Below the pieces are notes generated by a model that saw only the letters and a list, made by a program, of their open reading frames with translations, was not told the origin of the DNA and searched no databases. DNA of 59,153 nt, the filler included. It is 9 parts of 9 records of this genome, joined end to end, with 100 filler letters (N's around TTAATTAATTAA, not from the genome) between each part and the next. Parts side by side here need not be neighbours in the genome. Positions count along the whole stretch, not along the records: positions 29,893 to 36,835 come from SRR31156797_7855; positions 36,936 to 42,276 come from SRR31156797_7870; 7 more parts are not named here. One strand, 5' to 3'. Shown here one piece after another: positions 29,893 through 40,399 of the stretch (position 1 is the first letter of the stretch; the number at the start of each line of letters is the position of its first letter). The translations under genes were made by a program, and so were the position numbers.

Positions 29893-30306
29893 CTGATCAT
29901 CGTGGTCGCCGCCTTCAACATCATTTCCAGCATGATCATGCTGGTGAAGGACAAGGGGCGCGATATCGCCATCCTGCGCACCATGGGCGCGACCGGCGGC
30001 ATGATCATGCGCATTTTCCTGCTTTCCGGGGCCAGCGTCGGCGTCATTGGGACGATTGCCGGGTTTGTGCTCGGCATTCTGTTCTGCGAAAACATCGAAA
30101 CCATCCGCCAGTGGATCCAGGGGCTGACCGGCACCGAGTTGTTCGACCCGACGATCTATTTCCTGTCGCAATTGCCCGCGAAGGTCGACCCGACCGAGGT
30201 CGCCGCCGTCGTCGGCATGGGATTGGGGCTGTCCTTCCTGGCGACGCTGTATCCGTCGTGGCGGGCGTCGCGTATCGATCCGGCGGAGGCCCTGCGCTAT
30301 GAGTGA
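29893..30306 (+). CDS. lolE: Lipoprotein-releasing ABC permease LolC/E; 5'-truncated
   Basis: [43 protein letters not shown]...P.EALRYE. Confidence 0.95.
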   Translation: MIIVVAAFNIISSMIMLVKDKGRDIAILRTMGATGGMIMRIFLLSGASVGVIGTIAGFVLGILFCENIETIRQWIQGLTGTELFDPTIYFLSQLPAKVDPTEVAAVVGMGLGLSFLATLYPSWRASRIDPAEALRYE

Positions 30307-30979
30307 TTCGGTCCTGTCGCTGGTTAATGTCACCCGCGGTTTCGAACAGGCCGGGGCCAAGCTTGAAGTCCTGAAGGGGGCTAATCTCGAGGTCGGCCGG
30401 GGCGAGATGGTGGCCCTCATAGGACCGTCGGGCGCCGGCAAATCGACGCTGCTGCACATCGCCGGTCTGCTCGAAAAACCCGATCACGGTGACGTCCTGA
30501 TTTCGGGCAAGGCCTGCGGCAAGCTGAACGACGATTCACGGACCAAGCTTCGGCGCCACAACATCGGCTTCGTCTATCAGTACCACCATTTGCTGCCCGA
30601 ATTTTCGGCGCTGGAAAACATCGTCGTGCCGCAGATCATCGCCGGGCTCGACAAAAAAGAGGCCCGCAAACGGGCCGCCGAACTGTTGGACGTACTTGGC
30701 CTCAAGAACCGCGAAACCCACCGGCCCGGCAAGCTTTCCGGCGGCGAACAACAGCGGGTCGCGATCGCACGCGCCCTGGCCAACGCGCCGCGTCTGCTAT
30801 TGGCCGACGAACCGACCGGCAACCTCGATCCGGACACGGCGGCGGACGTTTTTTCGGTGTTGTTGCGTCTGGCGCGCGGCGCCGGTTTGGCCCTGCTGAT
30901 CGCCACCCACAATACGGAACTGGCGGCCCGGATGGACCGCATCGTCAAGCTTGAGCATGGACTGTTGGTCGACGCCTGA
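30299..30979 (+). CDS. lolD: Lipoprotein-releasing ABC ATPase LolD
   Basis: [44 protein letters not shown]. Confidence 0.97.
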   Translation: MSDSVLSLVNVTRGFEQAGAKLEVLKGANLEVGRGEMVALIGPSGAGKSTLLHIAGLLEKPDHGDVLISGKACGKLNDDSRTKLRRHNIGFVYQYHHLLPEFSALENIVVPQIIAGLDKKEARKRAAELLDVLGLKNRETHRPGKLSGGEQQRVAIARALANAPRLLLADEPTGNLDPDTAADVFSVLLRLARGAGLALLIATHNTELAARMDRIVKLEHGLLVDA

Positions 30980-30994
30980 ATCCGGCCTTCCGTT

Positions 30995-31687
30995 CTACGC
31001 CGCAACCGTACCCGTTTCTTTGAATTGATCGGCCATCTGGGCCAGGGTCTGCTGCGCCTCGCGGCCCGGTTCGGATTCACAGGTCGCCGGCGGCACCATC
31101 CAATCGACCTCGAGGCCGTTTCTGAGCAGGGTGTTCTCGACCGACCGGCCGATGGCGATGACGGCTCGCGGCGCCAGGGCCCTGATCTGATGTTCCAGGA
31201 TGGCGCCGAAGGCGCGGTCCATGATGCGGGTATTGAGCCAGGCATCGTCCCGGACCGGATAGGGCACCAGGTGAAGGAAGCTGATCTCGTCGTGGGGAAC
31301 GGGCAGGGCGTCGAAGCAGGCGTTGGTCAAGCCGTTGAAGCGGCGTTCCTCGGCCAATTGCAGGGTGAATTCCATCAGGCCCTCGAACCGCACCTGCACG
31401 TTCTCGGGACGGACGGCGTGATGAAACTCGTCGAGGGCGCGATGATAGGCGCCGCGGTCGAACGGCGAATAGGCGCGTTCGACACGTGCCCCCGGGGCCC
31501 GTTCATTGACGATGACGATGCCGCCCGGCCGGTATTTCGGGCCGACCAGACCGGGGCGCATCAACCGTGCGTGCGCCGGGTGCGGTACCGGCGAAAAGAT
31601 CCAGTCCTCGGCCCGGTCGAAAATATGGTTCCACGGCGCGGTGCGGCCGAGGCCGTGCCACAGCAACGCCGTTTCCTGTCTGTTCAT
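30995..31687 (-). CDS. Hypothetical protein, possibly uracil-DNA-glycosylase-like fold
   Basis: GGAGAG RBS. PG.VG..Y..GGIVIV...PG, FLHLVPYP and QIRALAPRAVIAIG resemble UDG-superfamily strands; weak call. Confidence 0.55.
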   Translation of the reverse strand: MNRQETALLWHGLGRTAPWNHIFDRAEDWIFSPVPHPAHARLMRPGLVGPKYRPGGIVIVNERAPGARVERAYSPFDRGAYHRALDEFHHAVRPENVQVRFEGLMEFTLQLAEERRFNGLTNACFDALPVPHDEISFLHLVPYPVRDDAWLNTRIMDRAFGAILEHQIRALAPRAVIAIGRSVENTLLRNGLEVDWMVPPATCESEPGREAQQTLAQMADQFKETGTVAA

Positions 31688-31804
31688 CGTGCTCTCCTGG
31701 CGGGGCTATCGTGCCCGTAAAGCCTATCGCCAAAGGCCGCCGGCTTCTGTCAACCAGTTCACATTTCTTCAATAAAAGTTGGTGGGTGGCCGACTGCCGA
31801 TTGA

Positions 31805-31851
31805 TCGCAATTTGTTGTGGATAACCGCCGGCCATCCCCAACATCTGGCTG
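31805..31851. promoter_or_regulatory. Candidate tandem NrdR boxes with an overlapping DnaA box, upstream of dnaE
   Basis: TCGCAATTTGTTGTGG (31805) and CCCCAACATCTGGCTG (31836) are 31 bp apart; perfect TGTGGATAA at 31816-31824. Confidence 0.4.
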
Positions 31852-31914
31852 GAACGAGGCCTGATCCTATGGAATCCTAGTAATCGGATTGGCGCCACCT
31901 TAGAAAGCCGGATC

Positions 31915-34900
31915 ATGTCGCACGCCGAATTTGTGCACCTTCGCGTGCATACCGCCTATTCGCTGCTGGAAGGCGCCATCCGCATTCCCGAACTGGTCAA
32001 GCTGGCGACCGAACGGCGCATGCCGGCGGTGGCGATGACCGATTCCAACAATCTGTTCGGTGCCATGGAATTTTCGTCGGCCTGTGCCGGCGCCGGCATC
32101 CAGCCGATCATCGGTTGCCAGATGGCCATAACCGGTGAAGCGGTCGAGAAGTTCCGCGGCAACGGCAACGGCCATTCGCGTGCGGCCGTCGATGCCACCG
32201 ACAAGCTGGTCCTGCTGGCCCAGAACGACGGCGGCTATCGCAATCTGCTGAAGCTGGTGAAAACGGCCTTTCTCGATGCAGCGCCGGATCTCGATCCGCA
32301 GGTGTCGCTCGACGATCTCGAGGCCAACGGCGCCGGCTTGATCGCGCTGACCGGCGGCCCCGGCGGTCCGGTCGGACGCTGTTTGGCCGAGGGCCGGCCG
32401 GATGCCGCAAACGAGGTGCTGGAGCGGCTGAAAGCGGCCTTTCCGGGGTGCCTCTATGTCGAACTGATGCGCCACGGCCTGCCCGAGGAATCGGCGATCG
32501 AGGCCGAACTGATCGATCTCGCCTATGTTCACGACTTGCCGCTTGTCGCCACCAACGAGGTCTTTTTTTCAAGCCCCGACATGTACGAGGCCCACGATGC
32601 CCTGGTCTGCATCGCCGAAGGCGCCTACGTCTCGGAGACCGAGCGCCGCCGCCTGACGCCCGAGCACGGTTTCAAGAGCGCCGAGGAAATGCGCGTCCTG
32701 TTCGCGGATTTGCCGGAAGCCGTCGACAATACGCTGGCGATTGCGCGCCGTTGCGCCTTCATGACCGAGAAGATCGACCCGATCCTGCCGCCCTACGATT
32801 GCGGCGAAGGACGCAGCGAGGAGGACGAGCTTCGGGACATGGCCAGGGACGGCTTGACGGCCCGGCTCGAGGCGCAAGTCTTCAACCCGGACATGAGCGA
32901 TGACGACCGCGCCGCCGCCGAGCGGCCCTACCGCGAACGTCTCGACTACGAACTGGGCGTCATCATCGAGATGGGCTTTGTCGGCTATTTCCTGATCGTT
33001 GCCGAATTCATTCACTGGGCCAAGGATCACAACATTCCGGTCGGACCGGGGCGCGGTTCGGGTGCCGGGTCGGTCGTCGCCTGGTCCCTGACCATCACCG
33101 ATCTCGACCCGCTTCGTTTCGGCCTGCTGTTCGAACGTTTCCTCAATCCCGAGCGCGTGTCGATGCCTGATTTCGACATCGATTTCTGCCAGGACAAGCG
33201 CGACCAGGTGATCCGCCACGTTCAGGAAAAATACGGCCGCGACAAGGTCGCCCAGATCATCACCTTCGGAAAGCTGCAGGCCCGCGCCGTGCTGCGCGAC
33301 GTCGGGCGGGTTCTGCAGATGCCCTATTCGCAGGTCGACCGCATCTGCAAGCTGGTGCCCAACAACCCGGCCTGTCCGATGACGCTGGACGAGGCCCGGC
33401 AGGCCGAACCGCAGTTGCAGGAGATGATCGCCGAGGACGAATCGGTGGCGCGGCTGTTCGATTTCGGGCTTCGCCTCGAAGGCCTGTACCGGCACGCCTC
33501 GACCCATGCCGCCGGCGTCGTCATCGGCGACCGACCGCTGGAAGAATTGATCCCGCTGTACCGCGATCCGCGTTCCGACATGCCGGTGACCGGTTTCAAC
33601 ATGAAGTGGGTGGAATCGGCCGGCCTGGTCAAGTTCGACTTCCTGGGCCTGAAAACCCTGACGGTTCTCGACAAGGCGGTCGAACTGACGGCGGCGCGCG
33701 GTATCACAATCGATCTGTCGAACCTGCCGCTGTATGACGCGCCGACGTTCGAACTTCTCGCCCGTGGCGAAACGACCGGCGTGTTTCAGCTGGAAAGCAG
33801 CGGCATGCGCGACATCCTGAAAAAGCTGAAACCGGACAGCTTCGAGGAAATCATCGCCATCGTCGCCCTCTATCGCCCGGGTCCGATGGACAACATCCCC
33901 AGCTATATCAAGCGCAAGCACGGCGACGAGGAACCGGACTACCTGTATCCGACGCTGGAAGGAATCCTCAAGGAAACCTTCGGCATCATGATCTATCAGG
34001 AACAGGTCATGCAGATCGCCCAGGAACTGTCGGGCTATACGCTGGGCGGCGCCGATTTGCTGCGCCGGGCCATGGGCAAGAAGATCCAGGCCGAGATGGA
34101 CAAACAGCGCCAGGCCTTCATCGACGGCGCCGTCGCTCGCAACGTGCCGAAAACCAAGGCATCGGACATCTTCGATCTGGTCGCCAAGTTCGCCGGATAC
34201 GGCTTCAACAAAAGCCACGCCGCGGCCTATGCGCTGGTCGCCTATCAGACAGCCTACATGAAGGCCAACTATCCGGTCGAATTCATGGCAGCGTCGATGA
34301 CGCTGGACATGCACAACACCGACAAGCTGGCCGCATTCAAGCAGGAACTGCGGCGTCTCGATATCAGGCTGCTGCCGCCGGACATCAACGCGTCCGACGT
34401 CGAATTCACCGTCGAACATGCGCAATCGGGCGAGCAGGGGAAGCAGAGCGAAACCGAAGGCTCCATCCGCTATGCCCTGGCCGCCATCAAGAACGTCGGC
34501 GAAGGGGCGATGGCCGGCCTGGTCGCGGAACGCCGCCAAAACGGCCCCTTCAAGGACCTGTCCGACCTTGCCGACCGGTTGGATGCCCATGCCGTCAACA
34601 AACGGCAGATGGAGAATCTGGTCCGGGCCGGCGCCCTGGACAAACTGGAAGCGAACCGGCGGCGCCTGTTCGAAGGGTTGGAAAGCGTGCTTCGGCACGC
34701 CCAGGCGGCGGCCGAGGAACGGGCCAGCAACCAGATCGGGTTATTCGGCGAAGCGGCGATGCCGGCGCCTCTGGCGAACCTTCCGACCGTTCCCGATTGG
34801 CCGAAAATGGATCGCATGCGCGAGGAATTCGATGCCATCGGGTTTCATTTGTCGGGACACCCTCTGGAGGTCTTCGGCAAGGGCCTGGAACGTCTGGGGG

Positions 34901-35421
34901 TGCGGCCGGTGGCCGAAGTCCTGGCCGAAGGCCGGGGCGGCCCGGCGACGCTGGCGGGGACGGTACAGACTAAGCGCGAGCGCACGTCTTCGCGCGGCAG
35001 CCGCTATGCCTTCGTTACCTGCTCGGACATGTCCGGCGAATTCGAACTGACGGTGTTTTCCGAAGTTCTGTCGTCGGCCCGCGAGATCCTCGATGTCGGC
35101 AACTCGCTTTTGATCAAGGCCAATGCCCAGTTCGAAGGCGACGACGTGCGCTTTACCGCCCATTCGATCGTGCCGCTGGCGGAAGCGACCCAGGGAACCA
35201 GCCCGGGTTTGAAGGTGCGGCTGGGTTCGCCGGAACCGCTTTCCCCATTGAAGGACCTTCTGGTCCGCGAAGGGCGGGGCAAGGGGCGCGTCGTGCTAAT
35301 CTGTTCCCTCGGAGGCGGCGGCGAAGCCGAAGTCACCCTGGGACAATCCTTTTGCATATCGCCGACGGTGATCGGTTCCATTCAGCAGATCCCCGGCGTC
35401 CTTGCCGCCGAAGAAATCTAA
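31915..35421 (+). CDS. dnaE: DNA polymerase III alpha subunit
   Basis: FVHLRVHTAYSLLEGA, GPGRGSGAGS, PDFDIDF, KFDFLGL, YGFNKSH, OB-fold C-terminus. Confidence 0.99.
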   Translation: MSHAEFVHLRVHTAYSLLEGAIRIPELVKLATERRMPAVAMTDSNNLFGAMEFSSACAGAGIQPIIGCQMAITGEAVEKFRGNGNGHSRAAVDATDKLVLLAQNDGGYRNLLKLVKTAFLDAAPDLDPQVSLDDLEANGAGLIALTGGPGGPVGRCLAEGRPDAANEVLERLKAAFPGCLYVELMRHGLPEESAIEAELIDLAYVHDLPLVATNEVFFSSPDMYEAHDALVCIAEGAYVSETERRRLTPEHGFKSAEEMRVLFADLPEAVDNTLAIARRCAFMTEKIDPILPPYDCGEGRSEEDELRDMARDGLTARLEAQVFNPDMSDDDRAAAERPYRERLDYELGVIIEMGFVGYFLIVAEFIHWAKDHNIPVGPGRGSGAGSVVAWSLTITDLDPLRFGLLFERFLNPERVSMPDFDIDFCQDKRDQVIRHVQEKYGRDKVAQIITFGKLQARAVLRDVGRVLQMPYSQVDRICKLVPNNPACPMTLDEARQAEPQLQEMIAEDESVARLFDFGLRLEGLYRHASTHAAGVVIGDRPLEELIPLYRDPRSDMPVTGFNMKWVESAGLVKFDFLGLKTLTVLDKAVELTAARGITIDLSNLPLYDAPTFELLARGETTGVFQLESSGMRDILKKLKPDSFEEIIAIVALYRPGPMDNIPSYIKRKHGDEEPDYLYPTLEGILKETFGIMIYQEQVMQIAQELSGYTLGGADLLRRAMGKKIQAEMDKQRQAFIDGAVARNVPKTKASDIFDLVAKFAGYGFNKSHAAAYALVAYQTAYMKANYPVEFMAASMTLDMHNTDKLAAFKQELRRLDIRLLPPDINASDVEFTVEHAQSGEQGKQSETEGSIRYALAAIKNVGEGAMAGLVAERRQNGPFKDLSDLADRLDAHAVNKRQMENLVRAGALDKLEANRRRLFEGLESVLRHAQAAAEERASNQIGLFGEAAMPAPLANLPTVPDWPKMDRMREEFDAIGFHLSGHPLEVFGKGLERLGVRPVAEVLAEGRGGPATLAGTVQTKRERTSSRGSRYAFVTCSDMSGEFELTVFSEVLSSAREILDVGNSLLIKANAQFEGDDVRFTAHSIVPLAEATQGTSPGLKVRLGSPEPLSPLKDLLVREGRGKGRVVLICSLGGGGEAEVTLGQSFCISPTVIGSIQQIPGVLAAEEI

Positions 35422-35521
35422 CCGACCCGAGGATCGCCATCGGGCGATGCGGCCGCCGCCCCGCGGCGCACCGGGGTGATGCCCCGGCGGCACGCGGAAG
35501 CGGAGCCGTATTGTCGGACGA

Positions 35522-35668
35522 CTATTTTTTCTTGCCGTCGTCCATCATCTTGCCGTCGTCCATCTTCTTGCCGTCGTCCATCATCTTGTCGTCATGCATG
35601 GCCGACTCGCATGCCGAAAGGGTCAGGCCGGCGATGAGAACGATTGCCGCATGGGTGAGAACTTTCAT
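35522..35668 (-). CDS. 48-aa lipoprotein with Met/Asp/Lys hexapeptide repeats (MXKDX-like)
   Basis: GAGGT RBS, signal peptide with lipobox LSAC, mature MHDDKMMDDGKKMDDGKMMDDGKKK; 18-bp DNA repeats. Confidence 0.8.
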   Translation of the reverse strand: MKVLTHAAIVLIAGLTLSACESAMHDDKMMDDGKKMDDGKMMDDGKKK

Positions 35669-35880
35669 TGTGTGATACCTCGCTGTGATACAAACCGGCC
35701 GCTCGGCCCGGCGGACCGAATGTCCGCATGCCCGACGGCTATTCATCGATGTGGTGTGCACCACGCATGGCCGTGGGGTTCGGCCGGTCACACCTAATCA
35801 CAATGCCTTGATTGGCAAGTGACGGCGGAGGGTGCGGCCGGTGCGCGATCGGCATGGGGGCGGGTGCCGCCCCTTTCTCC

Positions 35881-36031
35881 TTGCATTCGGGCGGCCCCGG
35901 CGTTAAAACCCGCCGTCAATTCACACGCGGGCTCGCGGCCCCGGCGCAAATTCGCCGATCGGTCGCTCCGGTGTTCGGAATGGTTCCGAAACTTGGTCCG
36001 CGGAGGTCTAACCGGAAAAGGAGCAATTACT
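35881..36031 (+). promoter_or_regulatory. rpsB promoter and S2 autoregulatory leader
   Basis: TTGCAT-17bp-TAAAAC; leader begins CACACGCGG and ends GGAGGTCTAACCGG, as in recalled proteobacterial rpsB leaders. Confidence 0.55.
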
Positions 36032-36835
36032 ATGGCACTTCCGGCCTTCTCTATGCGTCAGCTCTTGGAAGCTGGCGTTCACTTCGGTCACAATACCCGC
36101 CGTTGGAACCCCAAGATGGACCAGTATATTTTCGGGGTCCGCGCCGGGATTCACATCATCGACCTGCAACAGACCGTTCCGATGCTCTATCGCGCGATGA
36201 AGGCGGTCGAAGATGTCGTCTCGGCGGGCGGCCGGGTGCTGTTCGTCGGCACCAAGCGTCAGGCCAGCGGCAAGGTCGCCGAATCGGCGTCGAAATGCGG
36301 TCAGTACTTCGTCAATCACCGCTGGCTCGGCGGTATGATGACGAACTGGCGGACGATCTCGAATTCGATCAAGCAGCTGCGTGCGCTCGAGGCTCAACTC
36401 GACGGCGAAGTGCAGGGCCTGACCAAGAAGGAACTGCTGCGTCTGACCCGCGAACGTGAAAAGCTGGACCGCGCACTCGGTGGTATCAAGGAAATGGGCG
36501 GGCTTCCCGACATTCTGTTCGTCATCGATACCAATAAGGAATCGATTGCGGTTGCCGAAGCCAACAAACTCGGTATTCCGGTTGTCGCCGTCCTTGACAG
36601 CAACAGCAATCCTGACGGCATCGACTATCCGATCCCTGGAAACGACGACGCTATCCGCGCCATCAACATGTACTGCGAATTGATGGTCGGTTCGGTGCTT
36701 TCCGGAATTCAGGAGGAAATGTCGACCGACGGCGCCGATATCGGCGAAAGCGACCAGGGTCTGCAGGAAGACCTGCCGGCGGAAGACGAGGTTGTCGCCG
36801 CGGCTGCCGAAGAAGCGAAGGCCGAACCTGCCGCC
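36032..36835 (+). CDS. rpsB: 30S ribosomal protein S2; 3'-truncated
   Basis: [40 protein letters not shown] 36032 after AAGGAG. Confidence 0.99.
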
Positions 36836-36935
36836 NNNNNNNNNNNNNNNNNNNNNNNNNNNNNNNNNNNNNNNNNNNNTTAATTAATTAANNNNNNNNN
36901 NNNNNNNNNNNNNNNNNNNNNNNNNNNNNNNNNNN

Positions 36936-37345
36936 CGCGCCGGAGAACTTGAATCCCATGCCGGTCGAAGGGTGGATTCTTTATGGGGGCAGAAACTGGT
37001 TTTTCTGGCTCTAATAACGCCCAAAATAACCATCCCGGCAGGCTTCACCTTTCACCGGCCAGACCCGGCTTTAACTAAATGGTTCAAAGAGAATAAACAA
37101 TTAAAAAGAAAGAAAATACTGGCAAAAGAAAAACCTGAAAAGCCGGAACGATCATCGGAGTACCCCACCATACCAGCACTCGCTCTCAAACTGTTGAGAG
37201 AATTCAAAGAGTATCATCCTGAAATTCATATTCAGGCAATAGTTGCTGAGGCCCTGTATAGGAACGCTGATTTTATGGACAAGGCATCAAACATGTTCAA
37301 CGAGGGTCAGGTCATCAGCCAAATTCGGTCAAACCAGAAGGTCTC
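36936..37345 (+). pseudogene. DDE transposase fragment (IS4/IS701-like)
   Basis: GGFFMG then frameshift to QKLVFL..TPKITIP.GF, AEALY (degenerate ADALY), QVISQIRSNQ, then homology stops. Confidence 0.65.
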
Positions 37346-37658
37346 ACCTGAAATTACTTTTATGTGGAAATCCAGTTTTTTCAGGTTTTTTGAACGACTG
37401 TTTCACATTCTACTTGACAAAAGCAGAAACAAATAGTTCGATTCAGGCTGGGGATCGGGAGGCGGTGTCATCACATGCCTTATGCTGAAAGTCTTTTTGA
37501 CTATCAGGCTTTCCCAAGAAGGGTTGGTTTTCAAGTCCATTTTTGCCGTCTCTTCTATCTGCACCCCAAACGGTTAAAATCAGAAAGAATTATGCAAACT
37601 GGAAATAAAGAGCAAATGAAATAAAATCCATTGACATAAAAATCCGGACGATTGTCAC

Positions 37659-38414
37659 ATGCAAACTGCAAAGATCAAAGAGCAAAAGGCAAATATTTTA
37701 AAACTGCTTGGAATGGCAGGCGCCAATGGCCTCAACAAAAGCGGCCTGAAAATTAAGTCCTCAAAAATAAAACAGCAGGCGCTCAGGGAACTTGAAAACG
37801 AAAGAAAAATTGCGAATCTCGAGGTCAGAGGGAGATACCTGTATGTGCTCAAGGAGTTTGACACTCCCCTGGAGATGGCCTGCGACAGGGTGGAAGATAT
37901 TTTGAGTTCCCAGGGGAGCAGACTCCTGAGCAAGAGACAGCTGATCACCCAGTGCAGCAAAGGCTCCCCGGGAAAAGTCAAAAACGAGCTGAACCGTGCC
38001 ATCGACTGGCTTATCAAAGACAATCGACTGATGAAACTTCAGCACGGCAGTTCCGTTTTCCACCTTCATGTAGCATCCGTTTCCCGGCTTTTTCCCGATG
38101 CGGATCAGGAATTCAAATCACTCTCCAAAACGCCGAGAACGAATATCGAAAGAAAAAAGGTCCTCCGTGCATACAGGAAAATCGCATCCCAGACAGGCTA
38201 TTCAAATATCGAAATCTACCGGTTGAAACAGGAACTCGGCGTGGGGATGGACCTCCTTGAATCCTTTCTGCTGAATGAGAGCAAACGGGGAACAGCCGTC
38301 CTCAGCTTTGGGGACTGGTCTCTCTCATCGGAAGATACCCGGTCCGGTTCCATAGAAATCGACGGGACCCCCCACCTGCTTGTAAGGTTCAAATCAGAGG
38401 AGGATACCCTGTGA
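37659..38414 (+). CDS. Basic protein with probable tandem winged-HTH modules
   Basis: Three helix-helix-helix-hairpin-like units (ALRELENERKI...YLYV; AIDWLIKDNRL...FHLH; IEIYRLKQELG...IDG..HLLVRF). Fold is inferred. Confidence 0.7.
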   Translation: MQTAKIKEQKANILKLLGMAGANGLNKSGLKIKSSKIKQQALRELENERKIANLEVRGRYLYVLKEFDTPLEMACDRVEDILSSQGSRLLSKRQLITQCSKGSPGKVKNELNRAIDWLIKDNRLMKLQHGSSVFHLHVASVSRLFPDADQEFKSLSKTPRTNIERKKVLRAYRKIASQTGYSNIEIYRLKQELGVGMDLLESFLLNESKRGTAVLSFGDWSLSSEDTRSGSIEIDGTPHLLVRFKSEEDTL

Positions 38415-40399
38415 ACGACACCCCCATGATCAATCCCTTTGAAAATGTTATCGTTCGTGAACCGCGGCAGGTTGAGAAACAGGCGGTTGCAAGCCTGAAC
38501 AGAAGATTCCTGGACCGGCTGCTCTCACAATTCAAACGGCTTCAAGCCGGAGCGTTCCCGAGAAAAGTCAGGCTGCCTCACGCCCAGTTCGTTGTCTCCC
38601 CCCAGCCGGGTTACGGGAAATCACATCTTATAGGACGCCTGTTTCAGATCATTTCGGGGCAGGCGACCCTTGTTTATGTCACGCCCTTCGAAAATGCCGC
38701 CACATGCTGGAAATCCATTCTCCTAAAAACGGTTCAGGAACTGAAATTCCCGGATGATATGAACCATGAGTGCAGCAGTGACGACAAACCTTCCCAGCTT
38801 GAAGTTTTTGCCCATGGCGTGACGGTAGCGTTGATCACTGAAACCTTCAAAAACCAAAAAAATATCACTTTTTTCCAGGAGTCGACGATTAAAAACCTGA
38901 GAAAAAAAAGGAATTTTCTCGAAAAAAAGAACAAGTTTATTTCCAAACTGGCCCCCCAGATAGAACGCAAAGGGATCAGACTGTACGCATCCTCCCAGAG
39001 CTGGCTCAACGTACTGTTCACCTGTGCTTACGACAACGACCCCGAACGCCGTGATGCCTGTGAGGCGTGGCTTTTAGGCAGCAGCATGGATTCGGAGATT
39101 GCTTCGGGAATCGGCATCCGGCAACGGGACATTCCCGGTTTTGATATGGGAGAGGCCGAAACGGGCGAAAGCTGCAAGCACAGGATCCTAGATCTCTGCA
39201 AGTTAGCCGGTTTTTTCAGGCCCTTTGTCTTCTCCTTCGACCAGACAGAAAACTACGGTAAGGACGAAAGCCTCGCCAAGGCCCTGGGATCGGTTATTCA
39301 GGTCCTGATGGATGAAAGCTGCAATCAGATGACCATTATAGCGGTGAATCAGATCCCTTGGGATAAGAGCATCACCCCCCACTGGGAAGAAGCCTATAAA
39401 GACCGCCTGGGCCCGCCCATAGAACTTGAAGGCCTTGCCAGGGACCAGGGACTGGAGTTGATCGAACACAGGAGCAATTCTTCCAGCCGGGAAAATTATG
39501 AAACACTGACCAGAAATCAGGACTGGCTGGAAGAGATATTCAAGGTACATAAACAAGTGGGGGTACGCGATTTCCTCGGGAAATGCCACAGGCAATGGGA
39601 AATAATGATGGGTCGGCCAAGCGCCCCCCAGGATATGGACGCATATTACTCAAGGAGTATCGAAGACCTGGAAACCCACCCTAAAGACATGCTCTTTAAT
39701 CCGAACATTTTCTACTGGCTTATCCACGAAGTAGGGGCGGTGAATCCGGATTGGCACATTGAAAAGATCGAAAACAGGGGCTCATATTTTTCCCTTTTAT
39801 GGAAAATCGAGGACCGCGAGATCCGATTCGGCCAGGAAAGCGGTTCCCACTGGAAAAGGTGGCAGGCCATACAAAGGAAATCGGAAAACTTCCAAAGAGC
39901 CAACAAGCATTCCAAAACCGTCTTCTTCAGAACCCCGGACCTTCAGGGAATTCCGGGAACCGGCTGGAAAACAGCCCCGGAACTTAGAGCCGCCAAACAA
40001 CGTCATCTTCACATCATCACCCTCAACAGCCGGCAGACCGCAAAGCTTTACGGCGCCTATTCCCTTTATCTCAAAGCGACGGAAGGGAATATCCCCCTGA
40101 GCACCGGGGATGTAGTATCTTTCACCCATGACAAACTCAACTGGTTCTGGGAAATGGTGACCGATCCCATGCCCCGTCATCAGACCGGCATGGAAGTGGA
40201 AAAAGAGAAGGTCACACCAGAGCAGGTAAAAGAGATTCAGTGCATTGTTGAGACCCACAGGTTCATGGGCATCGATGATCTTATCTCAAGGCTTTCAACG
40301 CCGGTATCCAGGGATATTTTCCATGAAGGCCAATGCCTGATACCTCATATCAAAATTTTCGAAGGACTGAAGAACAAGGTGGTACAATGGCAATCCTGA
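38411..40399 (+). CDS. Large P-loop (AAA+/STAND-like) ATPase
   Basis: INPF N-terminus, Walker A SPQPGYGKSHL, Walker B FVFSFDQTE, probable Arg finger AYKDRL; GTGA overlap with the upstream gene. Confidence 0.85.
   Translation: MNDTPMINPFENVIVREPRQVEKQAVASLNRRFLDRLLSQFKRLQAGAFPRKVRLPHAQFVVSPQPGYGKSHLIGRLFQIISGQATLVYVTPFENAATCWKSILLKTVQELKFPDDMNHECSSDDKPSQLEVFAHGVTVALITETFKNQKNITFFQESTIKNLRKKRNFLEKKNKFISKLAPQIERKGIRLYASSQSWLNVLFTCAYDNDPERRDACEAWLLGSSMDSEIASGIGIRQRDIPGFDMGEAETGESCKHRILDLCKLAGFFRPFVFSFDQTENYGKDESLAKALGSVIQVLMDESCNQMTIIAVNQIPWDKSITPHWEEAYKDRLGPPIELEGLARDQGLELIEHRSNSSSRENYETLTRNQDWLEEIFKVHKQVGVRDFLGKCHRQWEIMMGRPSAPQDMDAYYSRSIEDLETHPKDMLFNPNIFYWLIHEVGAVNPDWHIEKIENRGSYFSLLWKIEDREIRFGQESGSHWKRWQAIQRKSENFQRANKHSKTVFFRTPDLQGIPGTGWKTAPELRAAKQRHLHIITLNSRQTAKLYGAYSLYLKATEGNIPLSTGDVVSFTHDKLNWFWEMVTDPMPRHQTGMEVEKEKVTPEQVKEIQCIVETHRFMGIDDLISRLSTPVSRDIFHEGQCLIPHIKIFEGLKNKVVQWQS

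Noticed and set aside
32569-34698. 709-aa minus-strand ORF, plus similar long antisense ORFs over the kinase, DUF362, lolD and hydA genes
   Set aside because: Shadow frames of real genes caused by codon bias; no recognisable motifs.
31915-35421. Intein or split in dnaE
   Set aside because: Normal length and contiguous motifs; no intein signatures.
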